A DNA stretch of 64,000 nt from an uncultured Candidatus Rokubacteria bacterium. Its GTDB lineage: Bacteria; Methylomirabilota; Methylomirabilia; Rokubacteriales; DASRDR01. Positions within the stretch are counted from its first letter, which is position 1. Every line of letters starts with the position of its first letter. The DNA lies in NCBI GenBank assembly GCA_963805625.1, contig CAWDVE010000009.1:1-64000 (forward strand). The letters run 5' to 3'. The translations under genes were made by a program, and so were the position numbers. A model generated the notes under the pieces. The model did no database searches. It had not been told where the DNA came from and saw only the letters and a list, made by a program, of their open reading frames with translations. This document shows, piece after piece, positions 8,942 through 18,753 of the stretch.

Positions 8942-10429
8942 ATGGCTCACGCTCACTCGGCCCCGACCGCGTGGCCCGACCCACGGGCGCTGGGGTCATT
9001 CCTGGACCAGCCCGCCGCGCGACGCCTGGACGGTGACGACCGGCAGGCGCTCCGCGCGGTCCTCGCGCGCGCGACTCGGACGGTCGCGCGGACCGATGAC
9101 CTGATCGTCGCGGACGGCCGAGCCGTGGGGCGCGTCCTGCCCCACGGCTCGGTCGCGCTCTACCGGCCCGATCCGGCGGCTCCCCTCCAGCATCGCGTGC
9201 TCGAACTCGACCCGCGCGGCACCGTGACGGTCGTCCTCAACCGCGGCCCGCTGGGTGAGCTCCACGAGGCGTGGGCGAGCCTCGCGGACGGCCGCGCGGT
9301 CGGCGTTCTCCCCGGCGGCTCGCATCACCTGCTGTGGGGGCCCTCAGACCGCCTCGTTCTCGCGCCTTCTGGCGGCGCCCCGACGACGCTCACACTCGCC
9401 GCAGCCGTCTCCTGGAACGCCGTGAACCTGATTCCGCCCGTCGCCGAGCCGGGCCGGCTTCCCTCCGGCGCCAGTGCCGCGCTGCTGAACATTCTCGCGG
9501 CGCTTGCGTGGGACCAAGGCCGGCCCGCACTGCGCTACCGCGGTCCGTATCCGACGGAGCAGCTCTTCTGGAGCCTCACCGAGTCCTTTCGCTTCGGCGC
9601 TCTGGGCCCAGGTTTCGATCCTCGTGCGCGGTTCCTGGAAAGCGCCGAGGTGACGTTCGCGCGGGGCGCACCCGAAGAGGCCCCCGTCGACTGGATCCCG
9701 GCCCCCCACGAGCGACGGGTCCACTCCGGCGGGCTCGTCGTCCAGCTTCGGGACGGTGTCGAGCGCGTGACCTGGGAGGGCCGCACGTACCACCGGATCG
9801 AGTGCCAGGGCCTCCGCCGACGAGAGCACCGCGTTGTGCGCACCGTCGAGCCCGGGGGCCGGACACGACGCTACGTGGCATGCCTCGAGGCCCTCGGAAT
9901 CGTGGTGGAGGACCACCTCACGCTCGACGAGCGGGGGGATCCGCTCGATCGCCACCTCCCGGGTCTCGACCCCCCTCTCGAGACGCCCTTGGCCGCGCCC
10001 TGGCGCGACGCGCTCGGCGCCCTCCTACCGCTCGAGGCGACGCCGCTGCTTGCGGGCGCGATCGAGGCCATCTGGCCCGAGCTTCGCGTGGTGTGGGGAC
10101 CCGTCCCGGGCGACCTTGTGGAGACCGAGGGCGTGACGCTCCGGCTCTCGCCGAAGCTCTTAGGCGTCTACCGGACCGCGAGGGCCGCCACGCCCGCGGC
10201 TGGAGGTCGAACCGTGGCCCAGCAGCTCGTCCGCGAGGTGCTGGGGCTCGTCGGACCCGCGGTCCGCCAGGCGGCGGCGATCTGGCTGGAAGCGCTCCCC
10301 GTGGCGCGACAGCAGGCGGAACTGGCGACTGCAGGACGCCGGGACCGGGTCGGGCAGGCGGCGGCCGCCCTCGCGCCACTCGGGCGCCTGCTCGACGCCG
10401 TGGAGGCCGGCACCGCCCTGCGAGGGTGA
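8942..10429 (+). CDS. Hypothetical protein (495 aa)
   Basis: Long ORF with protein-like composition, divergent from etfB; TACAAT at 8880-8885 upstream; no recognised family. Confidence 0.75.
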   Translation: MAHAHSAPTAWPDPRALGSFLDQPAARRLDGDDRQALRAVLARATRTVARTDDLIVADGRAVGRVLPHGSVALYRPDPAAPLQHRVLELDPRGTVTVVLNRGPLGELHEAWASLADGRAVGVLPGGSHHLLWGPSDRLVLAPSGGAPTTLTLAAAVSWNAVNLIPPVAEPGRLPSGASAALLNILAALAWDQGRPALRYRGPYPTEQLFWSLTESFRFGALGPGFDPRARFLESAEVTFARGAPEEAPVDWIPAPHERRVHSGGLVVQLRDGVERVTWEGRTYHRIECQGLRRREHRVVRTVEPGGRTRRYVACLEALGIVVEDHLTLDERGDPLDRHLPGLDPPLETPLAAPWRDALGALLPLEATPLLAGAIEAIWPELRVVWGPVPGDLVETEGVTLRLSPKLLGVYRTARAATPAAGGRTVAQQLVREVLGLVGPAVRQAAAIWLEALPVARQQAELATAGRRDRVGQAAAALAPLGRLLDAVEAGTALRG

Positions 10430-10499
10430 CCCGCTCACGCCAGGTCGCCGCGGATCACCGGCGGAACACCCGTCGAGGGGAGACGACTCACCTAGTCGC

Positions 10500-10524
10500 C
10501 CCCGCCCGGCAGACCCGGGCGGGG
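10500..10524. terminator. GC-rich hairpin between convergent genes
   Basis: CCCCGCCCGG-5 nt loop-CCGGGCGGGG; no clear U-tract. Confidence 0.4.
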
Positions 10525-10557
10525 TGGGAGCCCCGCTCGCAGGGCGGCTCGATCAGG

Positions 10558-10995
10558 CTACTGGGTAGTAGCGGCCGTCGTCTTGGTGCGCGCGGTCGCT
10601 CGGGTGCCGCTCAGCTCCACGTAGGTGGAGGCGTCGAACGCCCCGCCTTCCCAGATCCGCACTTGGAGCGACGCGTCCCCCTTCTCGAAGAGCTGCATCG
10701 TCCCCATGCCCGGGAAGGAGGTGGCCCGGACCATGCGCCAACCGTTCCCCTGGAGGCCTTCCTGTATCGACAGCACGAGGCTTCCCGGCTCGAACTTGCT
10801 CGAGTACATCAGCCGGGCCGCCCGCACCGTCTCGGACTCGATCACCGCCGACTTGTCGGCGAGGTACTCGAGTCCACCCGGGAGCGGGATGTCCATGAAC
10901 TCGCTGCGGATCGGGGGGACGTTCTTGGTGGAGGAGCAGGCGGAGAGGAAGAGCGCCAGCGTAGCCACGACCATGACCATCGTCTTGGTTCTCAT
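10558..10995 (-). CDS. Lipoprotein, hypothetical
   Basis: Hydrophobic signal peptide with lipobox LSAC. Confidence 0.8.
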   Translation of the reverse strand: MRTKTMVMVVATLALFLSACSSTKNVPPIRSEFMDIPLPGGLEYLADKSAVIESETVRAARLMYSSKFEPGSLVLSIQEGLQGNGWRMVRATSFPGMGTMQLFEKGDASLQVRIWEGGAFDASTYVELSGTRATARTKTTAATTQ

Positions 10996-11343
10996 ACGCC
11001 CACGCTAACAACGGTGGCGTCGGCGCCCCAAGCTTTTTCGTCGGCCATGGTCGGCAGTATCCGGCTCTGTCCCCGGCTCCTGGCCCCGCCCCGCAGCTAT
11101 TGGCGGACTCGGGACCATCGCTGATCATCCAGGTCGGAACGGATCCTCCGCAACCACGTGGCTCTGCAGAGGGCGGCGCCCCCGCGGGGCTGCAGCGCGA
11201 GGGGACACGACCGGGATCCAGTGGTCGGAAGGCCGACTGCCGATCCGCCTCGAACTGCAACAGGTTTCCGGCAGGATGCCACGCGTCTCTGCTACGTGGA
11301 CACCGTCGAACTCTGGCGCCTGGCTCCGCGGGCCGGGCAGTCT

Positions 11344-11979
11344 TCAGGTCGTGCCGGCCAAACCCCGAGGCGGTTCCGGCGCCCGGTCGCGCTTGAGGCG
11401 GCCGAGGGCACGGATGGCGCGGCGGGCGAGCCAGACGGTCGCGGTCACGGCGAGGGCCAGCGCCACGAGCCCCGCCCCCAGCGCGAGGAGTGGGTGCGCG
11501 AGAGCCATCCACACCGCGCCCGCCACCAGGCCGTTCTCAGCCAGGCTGATCAGAACGTTCGACACCGGCTCGGGACTTGCGTTCACCGCGAGCCGGGTCG
11601 TCGCCTTCGCCGCGTGTGTCGCGAGCGTTGCCCCGCCCAGCAGGAGGAGCGCCAGCACTTCGGCGGCCGGGGACAGCTGGCCCAGCGCACGGCTCGCCAG
11701 GAGGGCGCCGCCGACCGGCCGGATGACCGTGTGGACAGCGTCCCAGAGCGAGTCCACCACCGGGATCTTGTCGGCCAGGAACTCGACGAGGAACAGCACT
11801 CCGGACACCGCGAGCACCACGGGGTCCGCCAGCACGCCGAGGGATGTCCAAGCCGGGGCGAGGTGGACCCACTCCAGGCGGATGGCGAGCCGGGAGACGA
11901 AGACCGCGCCGTAGAGCGAGAGCCCCGAGGCGATCGCCAGGCCGAGCACGGCGCCGACGGGTCCTGCGATCTCCGGCAC
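11344..11979 (-). CDS. DUF4126-family membrane protein
   Basis: ASGLSLYG, VEFLADKIPVVDSLWDAVHTVIRP, SPEPVSNVLISLAE. Confidence 0.85.
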   Translation of the reverse strand: MPEIAGPVGAVLGLAIASGLSLYGAVFVSRLAIRLEWVHLAPAWTSLGVLADPVVLAVSGVLFLVEFLADKIPVVDSLWDAVHTVIRPVGGALLASRALGQLSPAAEVLALLLLGGATLATHAAKATTRLAVNASPEPVSNVLISLAENGLVAGAVWMALAHPLLALGAGLVALALAVTATVWLARRAIRALGRLKRDRAPEPPRGLAGTT

Positions 11980-11983
11980 CCGC

Positions 11984-13057
11984 CTACCCCTTGTCTTGGG
12001 CCAGCTCGTGAGACAGACGGACCAGCGCCTCGAGCTTGCCACGGGCGGCTCCGCTGTCGATCGCGTGGGCGGCCAGCTGGGACCCCTCCTTGAAGTCGCG
12101 GGCGCGCGCGCCCGCCACGAGCGCGGCGCTTGCATTCACCAGCACGATGTCCCGGCGCGGGCCGGGCTCCCCCGCCAGAATGCGCCGGATGATCTCCGCG
12201 TTCTCCTCTCGATCTCCGCCCCGGAGATCCGCGATCGTCGCGCGGGGCACGCCGAAGTCCTCGGGGCGGATCGTGCTCGCCCGGACCACACCCTCGCGCA
12301 CCTCGGCCGCCCAGCTGTCACCAGTCGTCGAGATCTCATCGAGCCCGTCGGCGCCGTGTACCACGAAGGCGCGGATCGTTCCGAGCTCGGCCAGGACGCG
12401 CGCCAGGGGCTCGACGAGCGCCCGGCTGTAGACGCCGATCACCTGCGCGTTGGCGCCGGCGGGGTTGGTCAGGGGGCCGAGGATGTTGAAGACCGTGCGG
12501 ATCCCCATCTCCCGGCGGGCGGGCATGACGTGCTTCATCGCGGTGTGGAGGAGCGGAGCGTAGAGGAACCCGATGCCCACCTGATCGATGCACTGGCCGA
12601 CTCTGGCCGGGGTGAGGTCGAGGCTCACGCCGAGGGCCTCCACCACGTCCGCGGATCCGCAGAGGCTCGAGACCGACCGATTGCCATGCTTGGCCACCTT
12701 GAGCCCCGCGCCGGCCACGACGAACGCGGTTGCCGTGGACACGTTGAACGTGCCGGATGCGTCGCCGCCCGTGCCGGCCGTGTCGATGAGCATCTCGCGG
12801 TCCGTGCCGGCGAGGGCCGTTCCGACGTCGCCGCGAGTCCGGACCCGGACGGCCTTGAGCCGCATGACCTCCGCCAGCCCGATCAGCTCGTCGACGGTCT
12901 CCCCCTTCATGCGAAGGGCGGTGAGGAAGGCTGCGACCTGGACGGAGGTGGCGGCCCCGGACATGAGGGCCTCCATCGCGGCCGCTGCCTCGAGCCGCGT
13001 GAGGTCGCGCCGATCCACCAGCGTTCGGATCGCTTCCACGATGACGGGACTGGTCAT
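11984..13057 (-). CDS. trpD: Anthranilate phosphoribosyltransferase
   Basis: DTAGTGGD, TFNVST, KHGNRSVSSLCGSAD, RTVFNILGPLTNP, HGADGLDEI. Confidence 0.95.
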   Translation of the reverse strand: MTSPVIVEAIRTLVDRRDLTRLEAAAAMEALMSGAATSVQVAAFLTALRMKGETVDELIGLAEVMRLKAVRVRTRGDVGTALAGTDREMLIDTAGTGGDASGTFNVSTATAFVVAGAGLKVAKHGNRSVSSLCGSADVVEALGVSLDLTPARVGQCIDQVGIGFLYAPLLHTAMKHVMPARREMGIRTVFNILGPLTNPAGANAQVIGVYSRALVEPLARVLAELGTIRAFVVHGADGLDEISTTGDSWAAEVREGVVRASTIRPEDFGVPRATIADLRGGDREENAEIIRRILAGEPGPRRDIVLVNASAALVAGARARDFKEGSQLAAHAIDSGAARGKLEALVRLSHELAQDKG

Positions 13058-13073
13058 GGGTCTCTCCCCTCCC

Positions 13074-16000
13074 CTATGCGGATCCGCCGACTCCACGGAA
13101 GCTCGCGACGACCGCCTGGACGTCCTCGAACCGGAAGGGCTTGGTCATCACGCGGTCGACGCCGTGCGTCTGCAGGTCGTCGGCCTGGACCTCGACCCCC
13201 CAGCCGGTCACCAGGACCACCGGCACCTGGGGCCGTGCCGCCTTCACGGCCTGCGCCACCTGCCAGCCGGACATCCCGGGCATCGCCAGATCGGTCATCA
13301 CCAGGTCGAAGGCCCCCTCGCGGAAGCGGGCCAGTCCCGAGATGCCGTCGTCGGCCACGACGACGTCGTGGTGCTGCTGGCGGAGAATCTCGCCGAGCGT
13401 GTCGCGGACGAACGGCTCGTCGTCGATGACGAGCACTCGCACCGACTCGACCTCCATCACCGGCACCCGCGTCACCAGGGCGGGCGGCGGGCGGCCCACG
13501 GGGAGCCGGATCGTGAAGGTCGAGCCCACGCCCTCGGCCGTGTCCACCAGGATCTCTCCGCCGTGGCGCGACACGATACCGTACACCATGGCGAGCCCGA
13601 GGCCGGTTCCGCTGGGTCCCTTGGTCGAGAAGAAGGGCTCGAAGATCCGCCGCCGGACGGAGTCGGACATCCCCACGCCGGTGTCGGCGACGCTCACTTC
13701 CACCCGCTCGCCGCGCTCCCGGGTCGTGATGCGGATCTCTCCGCCGCGCGGGAGGGCATCCGTCGCATTGAGAATCAGGTTCGTCAGGACCTCGCGGAGC
13801 TCGGAGGGCTGCCCGTCCACCGGCGGCACGACGCCGAAGTCAAGCGCGAGCTGAATCTGCGCGCCCCGGGACTGGGGATCGTCCTGCCACCGGGCCCGCG
13901 TCATCTCCACGGCATCGCGAATCGCCTGGTTCACGTCGACGGTCTGGGTCGGCTGGTCGCGGCGGACGCGCGTGAACTCCTGGATCTGGCGGACTGTCTG
14001 CGCCCCGTCGAGCGCCGCCTGCTCCACGATCGCGAGCCAGCGGCGGAACGTCGGGTCCTCGAGCTTGCGCTGGAGGAGCTGCACCCGGCCCAGGATCACC
14101 GCCAGGACGTTGTTGAAGTCGTGCGCCACGCCCGAGGCCATCTCGCCGAGGGCCCGGAGCTTCTCCATGCGCACCAGCTGCTCCTGGGTCCGGCGCAGCT
14201 CGTCGAGCGCCCGTCTGGCCTCGATCTCGTGGGCCCGCGCGTCCTCGTAGAGTCGCGCGTTCTGGATCGCCACCGCCGCCTGTCCGACCAGGGCTCGGAG
14301 AAGCGCTTCGTCCGCCTCACCGAGGGGCCGGCCCTCGCGGTCACTGACGGCCAGCACCCCCAGCAGGCGGTCGCCGAGCAGCACCGGCAGGCCGCTGAAC
14401 GTGCGGACGCCCTGCGCCAGGAGCGCATCACGCCCGACGATCTCGGGATTGCCCTCCACGGGCACGTTGAGCAGGGCCTCGCGTCGCTCCGCGATGAGTC
14501 CCACGCCGCCCTGCCCGAACGCCAGGCGAGCCGGAAGCTGATCGCGGAGCTCCGGCACTCCGTGGAAGGCGCGGCGCACGAGGACACGTTCGGTCTCGTC
14601 GGCGAGCCAGGCGGTCGCGAGGGGCGCGTCGCACAGGGTCCCGGCCGCGCGCGTGATCTCGTCGAGGACGTCATCCAGGCGAAGCGAGGCGGAGACGGCG
14701 CGATTCACGTGGCTGAGCCGCTCGAGCCGCTCGACCTGGTGGCGCGTCGCGTCGTAGAGCCGTGCGTTCTCGATCGCGACGGCGGCGAGGGTGGCGAGGG
14801 ACGTGAGGGTCTGCACCTCCGCCGCGGTGGGCTCGTGTGGCTCCCACCAGTAGGTCGCCAGGCAGCCGAACGGCGCGCCCTGCGTGAGAATGGGCACGGA
14901 CAGGGCGGCACGATAGCCCTCGTGCTCGACCAGCCGTCGCACCAGGTGGCTCCGCACCGTCTCGGAGCCGAGGATCTCGGCGGTCCAGACGGGCCGGCGC
15001 TCGGCCACGGACCGCCCCGACGTCCCGTCGCCGGGAGGCACGGCCATCTCCCGGACGAACTCCTGCGACAGGCCCGCCCCGCGCGCGTAGCGGAGCAGGC
15101 CGTCCGGGTCGAGCCGGAAGATCCCGCACGCGCGAACCCGCATGAGCTCGAGTACCCGCTCGACGATCCGGTCGAAAACCCGGTCCGGGTCCAGGGTGGA
15201 GCTGATCAGCCGGCCGACCTCGAACAGGGCCCGTGCCTCGGCCTCCCGGTCCCGCGCTTCCTGGTAGAGCCTGGCGTTCGCCACCGCGACCGCCACTACG
15301 CGCGCGAGGTCGGTCGCCAAGCTCACGTGCTCGTTCGAGAGCTCGACAGGCAGGCTCCAGAACCCGTAGAGAATCCCGACGATCTCGTTCTGCAGCCGAA
15401 CGGGGACCGCGAGCATCCCGCGGATGCCTGCCTGCTCGATCTCGGGAATGAGGGTCTGGGTGATCCTGGGGTCGCGCCCGTAGTCGCTCGTGCGGAAGGG
15501 CTGACCGTGCCGGAGCACCCAGCCGGTCACTCCCTGGCCTGGGCCCACGGCCAGGTGGCTGAGGGCGTCCGCACCGAGCCCCACCCGGGCGGCGAGCCGC
15601 ATCGTGCCGCGCCGGGTAACGAGGCCGATCGCGCCCCCATCCGCCCCGAAGAGTTCGCGCACACCGTCCGCCACACCCGCGAGCACGGTCCGGAGGTCGA
15701 GCGAGGCGGTCAGGGTCTGCGTGATGGCGGCGAGCGCCTCGGCCGTCTCCTGGCGCCGACGGATCTCGCCGAAGAGTCGGGCGTTCTCCAGCGCGAGGGC
15801 CGCGTGGGCCGCCAAGGTCTCCAGGAACTCTTGGTCCTCGGCGGGAAGACGAAAGTTGGCCGCGTGGTAGATCGCGAGCACACCGAGTACGCGGTCGGTC
15901 GCCAAGAGCGGCACCGCAGCGACCGCGCGGGGGCCCAGGGACCCAACCCGGCTGCGTGTCTCCGGCGAGAGCTCGATCTCGGGATCCAGCAAGAGGTCCG

Positions 16001-17315
16001 GGGTCTCCACCGTTCGCCGATCCCGCGCCGCCCTTCCGACCACGCCCTCGCCGAGAGCGATGCTGTGGAACCGCTCGTCGAGACCAAAGCCGCGAGCGTA
16101 GTCGAGACGATCCCGGTCGAGCCGGAACACCCCGAATGCTTCCGCCCCCAGGACCTCGCGGGACTTCTCGGCGATCAGGTCGAGGATTCGATCGGCGTCC
16201 CGCGTCGATGCCAGCAGCTGTCCCACCTGGGCCGCGGCCTTCACTCGCTCGGCGCGGGCCGACGCCAGCCGCAGCAGACGCGCGTTCTCCAGGGCGATCG
16301 ACGCCTCGACGGCGAAATCCGCCAGAATCGCGAGATCGGCCTCTGTGAACGGCCGCGCGGATACGTCCCGGGAGACGACGATCACGCCCCGGAGCGCGTG
16401 ACCGGCCACCAGCGGCTGGGTCACGATGGCGCGGTGAACCTCGCGGAACCGTGGCAGCGCCAGAGGCGAGCGCGGGAAGTCATTGACAATCATCCCCTCG
16501 CCGCGAGCCGCCGTCACCCCGATGACGCCCTCGCCAATCGCGATGGGCGCGCCCTGCATCCACTCCGGCCAGTTGAAGGCCGCGTGCGGCCGCAGGACCC
16601 TTCCCGCCTCGTCCAGCAGATAGACCCCTCCGGTGTCGGCATCGAGCAGCTCGGCGGCGCGGCGGCTGATCATGGCCACCAGCGCGTCCAGGTCGCGCTG
16701 ACCGGAGATCTCCCCTTCGATCTCGCGGAGCGTTTCCAGCCGCCGCAGGCGGCTCGAGGCGACCTCGAGGAGCGCCGCGCCTTCGATGGCGACCGCCGCA
16801 TGCGCACCGAACGAGCGAAGGAAGTCCACCTCGAGCGGCGTGAAACGATGTGGCTGCCACGTGAGGAGGCAGAGCGCGCCGAGCAGGCGATCACCCCGGG
16901 CGAGCCGGACGCCGGCCAGCGAGCAGACGCCCTGGTCTCGCGCCCAGGCCCGATTCAAGACACGTTCGTCGTCGGACAAGGTCGCGACGACCACCGGCTC
17001 CGCGCTTCCCACGACCGCCCCGAGGAGACCTTCACCTATGGGCATGGCCCGGCGCAGCTCCGCGCCGGCGTGGCCCGGACGCGCGCCGACCTCGGTGGCG
17101 AGCGTGAGTTCGCGCTGGTCCTCGCCGGCGAGCCAGACGTGGACGAGCGAGCCGGGGACGAGGGTCGCCGCGGCGCGCGCCACGCGCTCAAGGACCTCGG
17201 AGAGATTCGCCGCCGCGCCGGCCGCCCCGGCCAGCTCGATGAGGGCCCGCTGGGCCACCGTCGCGCTGACCGGCGGGCCCGGCTGCTCGCCGGACGCGCT
17301 CGGGGTCACGGTCAC
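13074..17315 (-). CDS. Cytoplasmic hybrid sensor histidine kinase: six GAF domains + HisKA + HATPase + receiver
   Basis: Six repeats ending in AxAxENARL-like motifs; H-box GVAHDFNNVL; N/G boxes (NLILNA, DTGVGM, GTGLGL); receiver VIDDE...TDLAMPGMSG...TKPF. GTG start overlaps the livF stop (GTGA). Confidence 0.93.
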   Translation of the reverse strand: MTVTPSASGEQPGPPVSATVAQRALIELAGAAGAAANLSEVLERVARAAATLVPGSLVHVWLAGEDQRELTLATEVGARPGHAGAELRRAMPIGEGLLGAVVGSAEPVVVATLSDDERVLNRAWARDQGVCSLAGVRLARGDRLLGALCLLTWQPHRFTPLEVDFLRSFGAHAAVAIEGAALLEVASSRLRRLETLREIEGEISGQRDLDALVAMISRRAAELLDADTGGVYLLDEAGRVLRPHAAFNWPEWMQGAPIAIGEGVIGVTAARGEGMIVNDFPRSPLALPRFREVHRAIVTQPLVAGHALRGVIVVSRDVSARPFTEADLAILADFAVEASIALENARLLRLASARAERVKAAAQVGQLLASTRDADRILDLIAEKSREVLGAEAFGVFRLDRDRLDYARGFGLDERFHSIALGEGVVGRAARDRRTVETPDLLLDPEIELSPETRSRVGSLGPRAVAAVPLLATDRVLGVLAIYHAANFRLPAEDQEFLETLAAHAALALENARLFGEIRRRQETAEALAAITQTLTASLDLRTVLAGVADGVRELFGADGGAIGLVTRRGTMRLAARVGLGADALSHLAVGPGQGVTGWVLRHGQPFRTSDYGRDPRITQTLIPEIEQAGIRGMLAVPVRLQNEIVGILYGFWSLPVELSNEHVSLATDLARVVAVAVANARLYQEARDREAEARALFEVGRLISSTLDPDRVFDRIVERVLELMRVRACGIFRLDPDGLLRYARGAGLSQEFVREMAVPPGDGTSGRSVAERRPVWTAEILGSETVRSHLVRRLVEHEGYRAALSVPILTQGAPFGCLATYWWEPHEPTAAEVQTLTSLATLAAVAIENARLYDATRHQVERLERLSHVNRAVSASLRLDDVLDEITRAAGTLCDAPLATAWLADETERVLVRRAFHGVPELRDQLPARLAFGQGGVGLIAERREALLNVPVEGNPEIVGRDALLAQGVRTFSGLPVLLGDRLLGVLAVSDREGRPLGEADEALLRALVGQAAVAIQNARLYEDARAHEIEARRALDELRRTQEQLVRMEKLRALGEMASGVAHDFNNVLAVILGRVQLLQRKLEDPTFRRWLAIVEQAALDGAQTVRQIQEFTRVRRDQPTQTVDVNQAIRDAVEMTRARWQDDPQSRGAQIQLALDFGVVPPVDGQPSELREVLTNLILNATDALPRGGEIRITTRERGERVEVSVADTGVGMSDSVRRRIFEPFFSTKGPSGTGLGLAMVYGIVSRHGGEILVDTAEGVGSTFTIRLPVGRPPPALVTRVPVMEVESVRVLVIDDEPFVRDTLGEILRQQHHDVVVADDGISGLARFREGAFDLVMTDLAMPGMSGWQVAQAVKAARPQVPVVLVTGWGVEVQADDLQTHGVDRVMTKPFRFEDVQAVVASFRGVGGSA

Positions 17316-18037
17316 AGCCCGAGGTATGCCTGCCGGACGTGGTCCGAGCGAAGGAGCTGTTCGCGTGAGCCGACCAGCGTCACAGCGCCGTTCTCGACGA
17401 CGTAGCCGCGGTGACACAGCCCGAGTGCGCGCCGCACGTTCTGCTCCACGAGAAGAATTGTAGTCCCCCGTCGATTGACCGTCTCGACGATTTCCATGAT
17501 GTTCCGGACGGCGAGCGGCGCCAGGCCGAGCGACGGCTCATCCAGCAGGAGCAGGCGCGGCCGCGCCATGAGGCCCCGCCCGATGGCCAGCATCTGCTGC
17601 TCGCCGCCGGAGAGCGTCCCGGCACTCTGCCGCTGGCGGTCCTCCAGCCGGGGGAAGAGGGCGAACACCTCCTCCAGGCTCCCGTCCCGCGCGGCCCGGG
17701 CGGCCGGTGTTCGGGCTCCCATCTCGAGGTTCTCGAGGACCGTCAGGGACGGGAACACCTGGCGGCCCTCGGGGACGTGCGCGAGCCCGAGGGCGACGAT
17801 TTGGCGAGGATCGAGACCGGCCAGCGAGCGGCCCTCGAACAGGACCCGCCCCCCGCGGAGGGGCAGGAGCCCGCTGATCGCGCGCAGGGTCGTCGTCTTC
17901 CCCGCCCCGTTGGCCCCGATCAGGGCGACGCACTCACCGGGACGAACCTCGAGCGACATCGAGCGGACCGCGAGCACGTCTCCGTAGCCCGCCGCGACCC
18001 CCTCAAGCGCCAGCACGTCCACCCTCCATCGCGCCAC
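17312..18037 (-). CDS. livF: Branched-chain amino acid ABC transporter ATPase
   Basis: GANGAGKTT, VPEGRQVF, LSGGEQQMLAIGR, LLLDEPSLGLAP. Confidence 0.93.
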   Translation of the reverse strand: MARWRVDVLALEGVAAGYGDVLAVRSMSLEVRPGECVALIGANGAGKTTTLRAISGLLPLRGGRVLFEGRSLAGLDPRQIVALGLAHVPEGRQVFPSLTVLENLEMGARTPAARAARDGSLEEVFALFPRLEDRQRQSAGTLSGGEQQMLAIGRGLMARPRLLLLDEPSLGLAPLAVRNIMEIVETVNRRGTTILLVEQNVRRALGLCHRGYVVENGAVTLVGSREQLLRSDHVRQAYLGL

Positions 18038-18752
18038 CGTACGCCTCGCCGAGATACGCCTCCACCACCTGCGGGTCGCGCGCGATCACTCCCGGTGGCC
18101 CCGAGGCAATCACCTGGCCCTGATTCAACACAACGATCCGCCGGGAGAGCGCCATGACGGCCCGCATGACGTGCTCGATCAGAAGGATCGCGATACCGCG
18201 GGCGTTGATTGCCCGGCAGAGCTCGATGATCCACTCCGTCTCGGTCGGCGTCAGGCCGGCCATCACCTCGTCGAGCAGCAGAAGCCGGGGCTCCGTCGCC
18301 AGGGCCCGCGCCAGCTCGAGCCGCTTGCGATCAGCGAGCGTGAGGCCACTGGCGGTCCGGTCGGCCCGGTCCTCGAGACCCACGAGGGCGAGGACCTCTC
18401 GAGCCTTCCTGGTGGCGGCCCCGAACGGCCGCGTCCGAGCCAGCGCTCCCACGCGCACGTTCTCCAGCACGGTGAGCCCCTGGAACGGCTTGACGATCTG
18501 GAAGGTGCGGCCGAGGCCACGCCGGCAGACCTCGTGGGGCCGGAGCCCCCGAGTGGACACGCCGTCGAACCGCACGTCGCCTTGGTCCGGCGCGAGGAAG
18601 CCGGAGATCACGTGGAACAGGGTCGTCTTGCCCGCGCCGTTCGGCCCGATGAGGCCCACGATCTCTCCTGGCGCGACATCGAGGCTCACCCCGGACACGG
18701 CCTGGAGTCCGCCGAACCGCTTCCCGACGTTCGCTACCTCGAGGAGCGCCAC
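18003..18752 (-). CDS. livG: Branched-chain amino acid ABC transporter ATPase
   Basis: KRFGGLQAV, GPNGAGKTT, RTFQ, LLLDEVMAGL, VVEAYLG. Confidence 0.93.
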   Translation of the reverse strand: MALLEVANVGKRFGGLQAVSGVSLDVAPGEIVGLIGPNGAGKTTLFHVISGFLAPDQGDVRFDGVSTRGLRPHEVCRRGLGRTFQIVKPFQGLTVLENVRVGALARTRPFGAATRKAREVLALVGLEDRADRTASGLTLADRKRLELARALATEPRLLLLDEVMAGLTPTETEWIIELCRAINARGIAILLIEHVMRAVMALSRRIVVLNQGQVIASGPPGVIARDPQVVEAYLGEAYGGAMEGGRAGA

Positions 18753-18753
18753 G

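Noticed and set aside
12588-17405. 1605-aa plus-strand ORF and other very long antisense ORFs (e.g. 53750-57034, 59518-62232, 39509-42052, 34899-37643)
   Set aside because: Shadow frames of real minus-strand genes; stop codons are rare at this GC and the translations have no motifs
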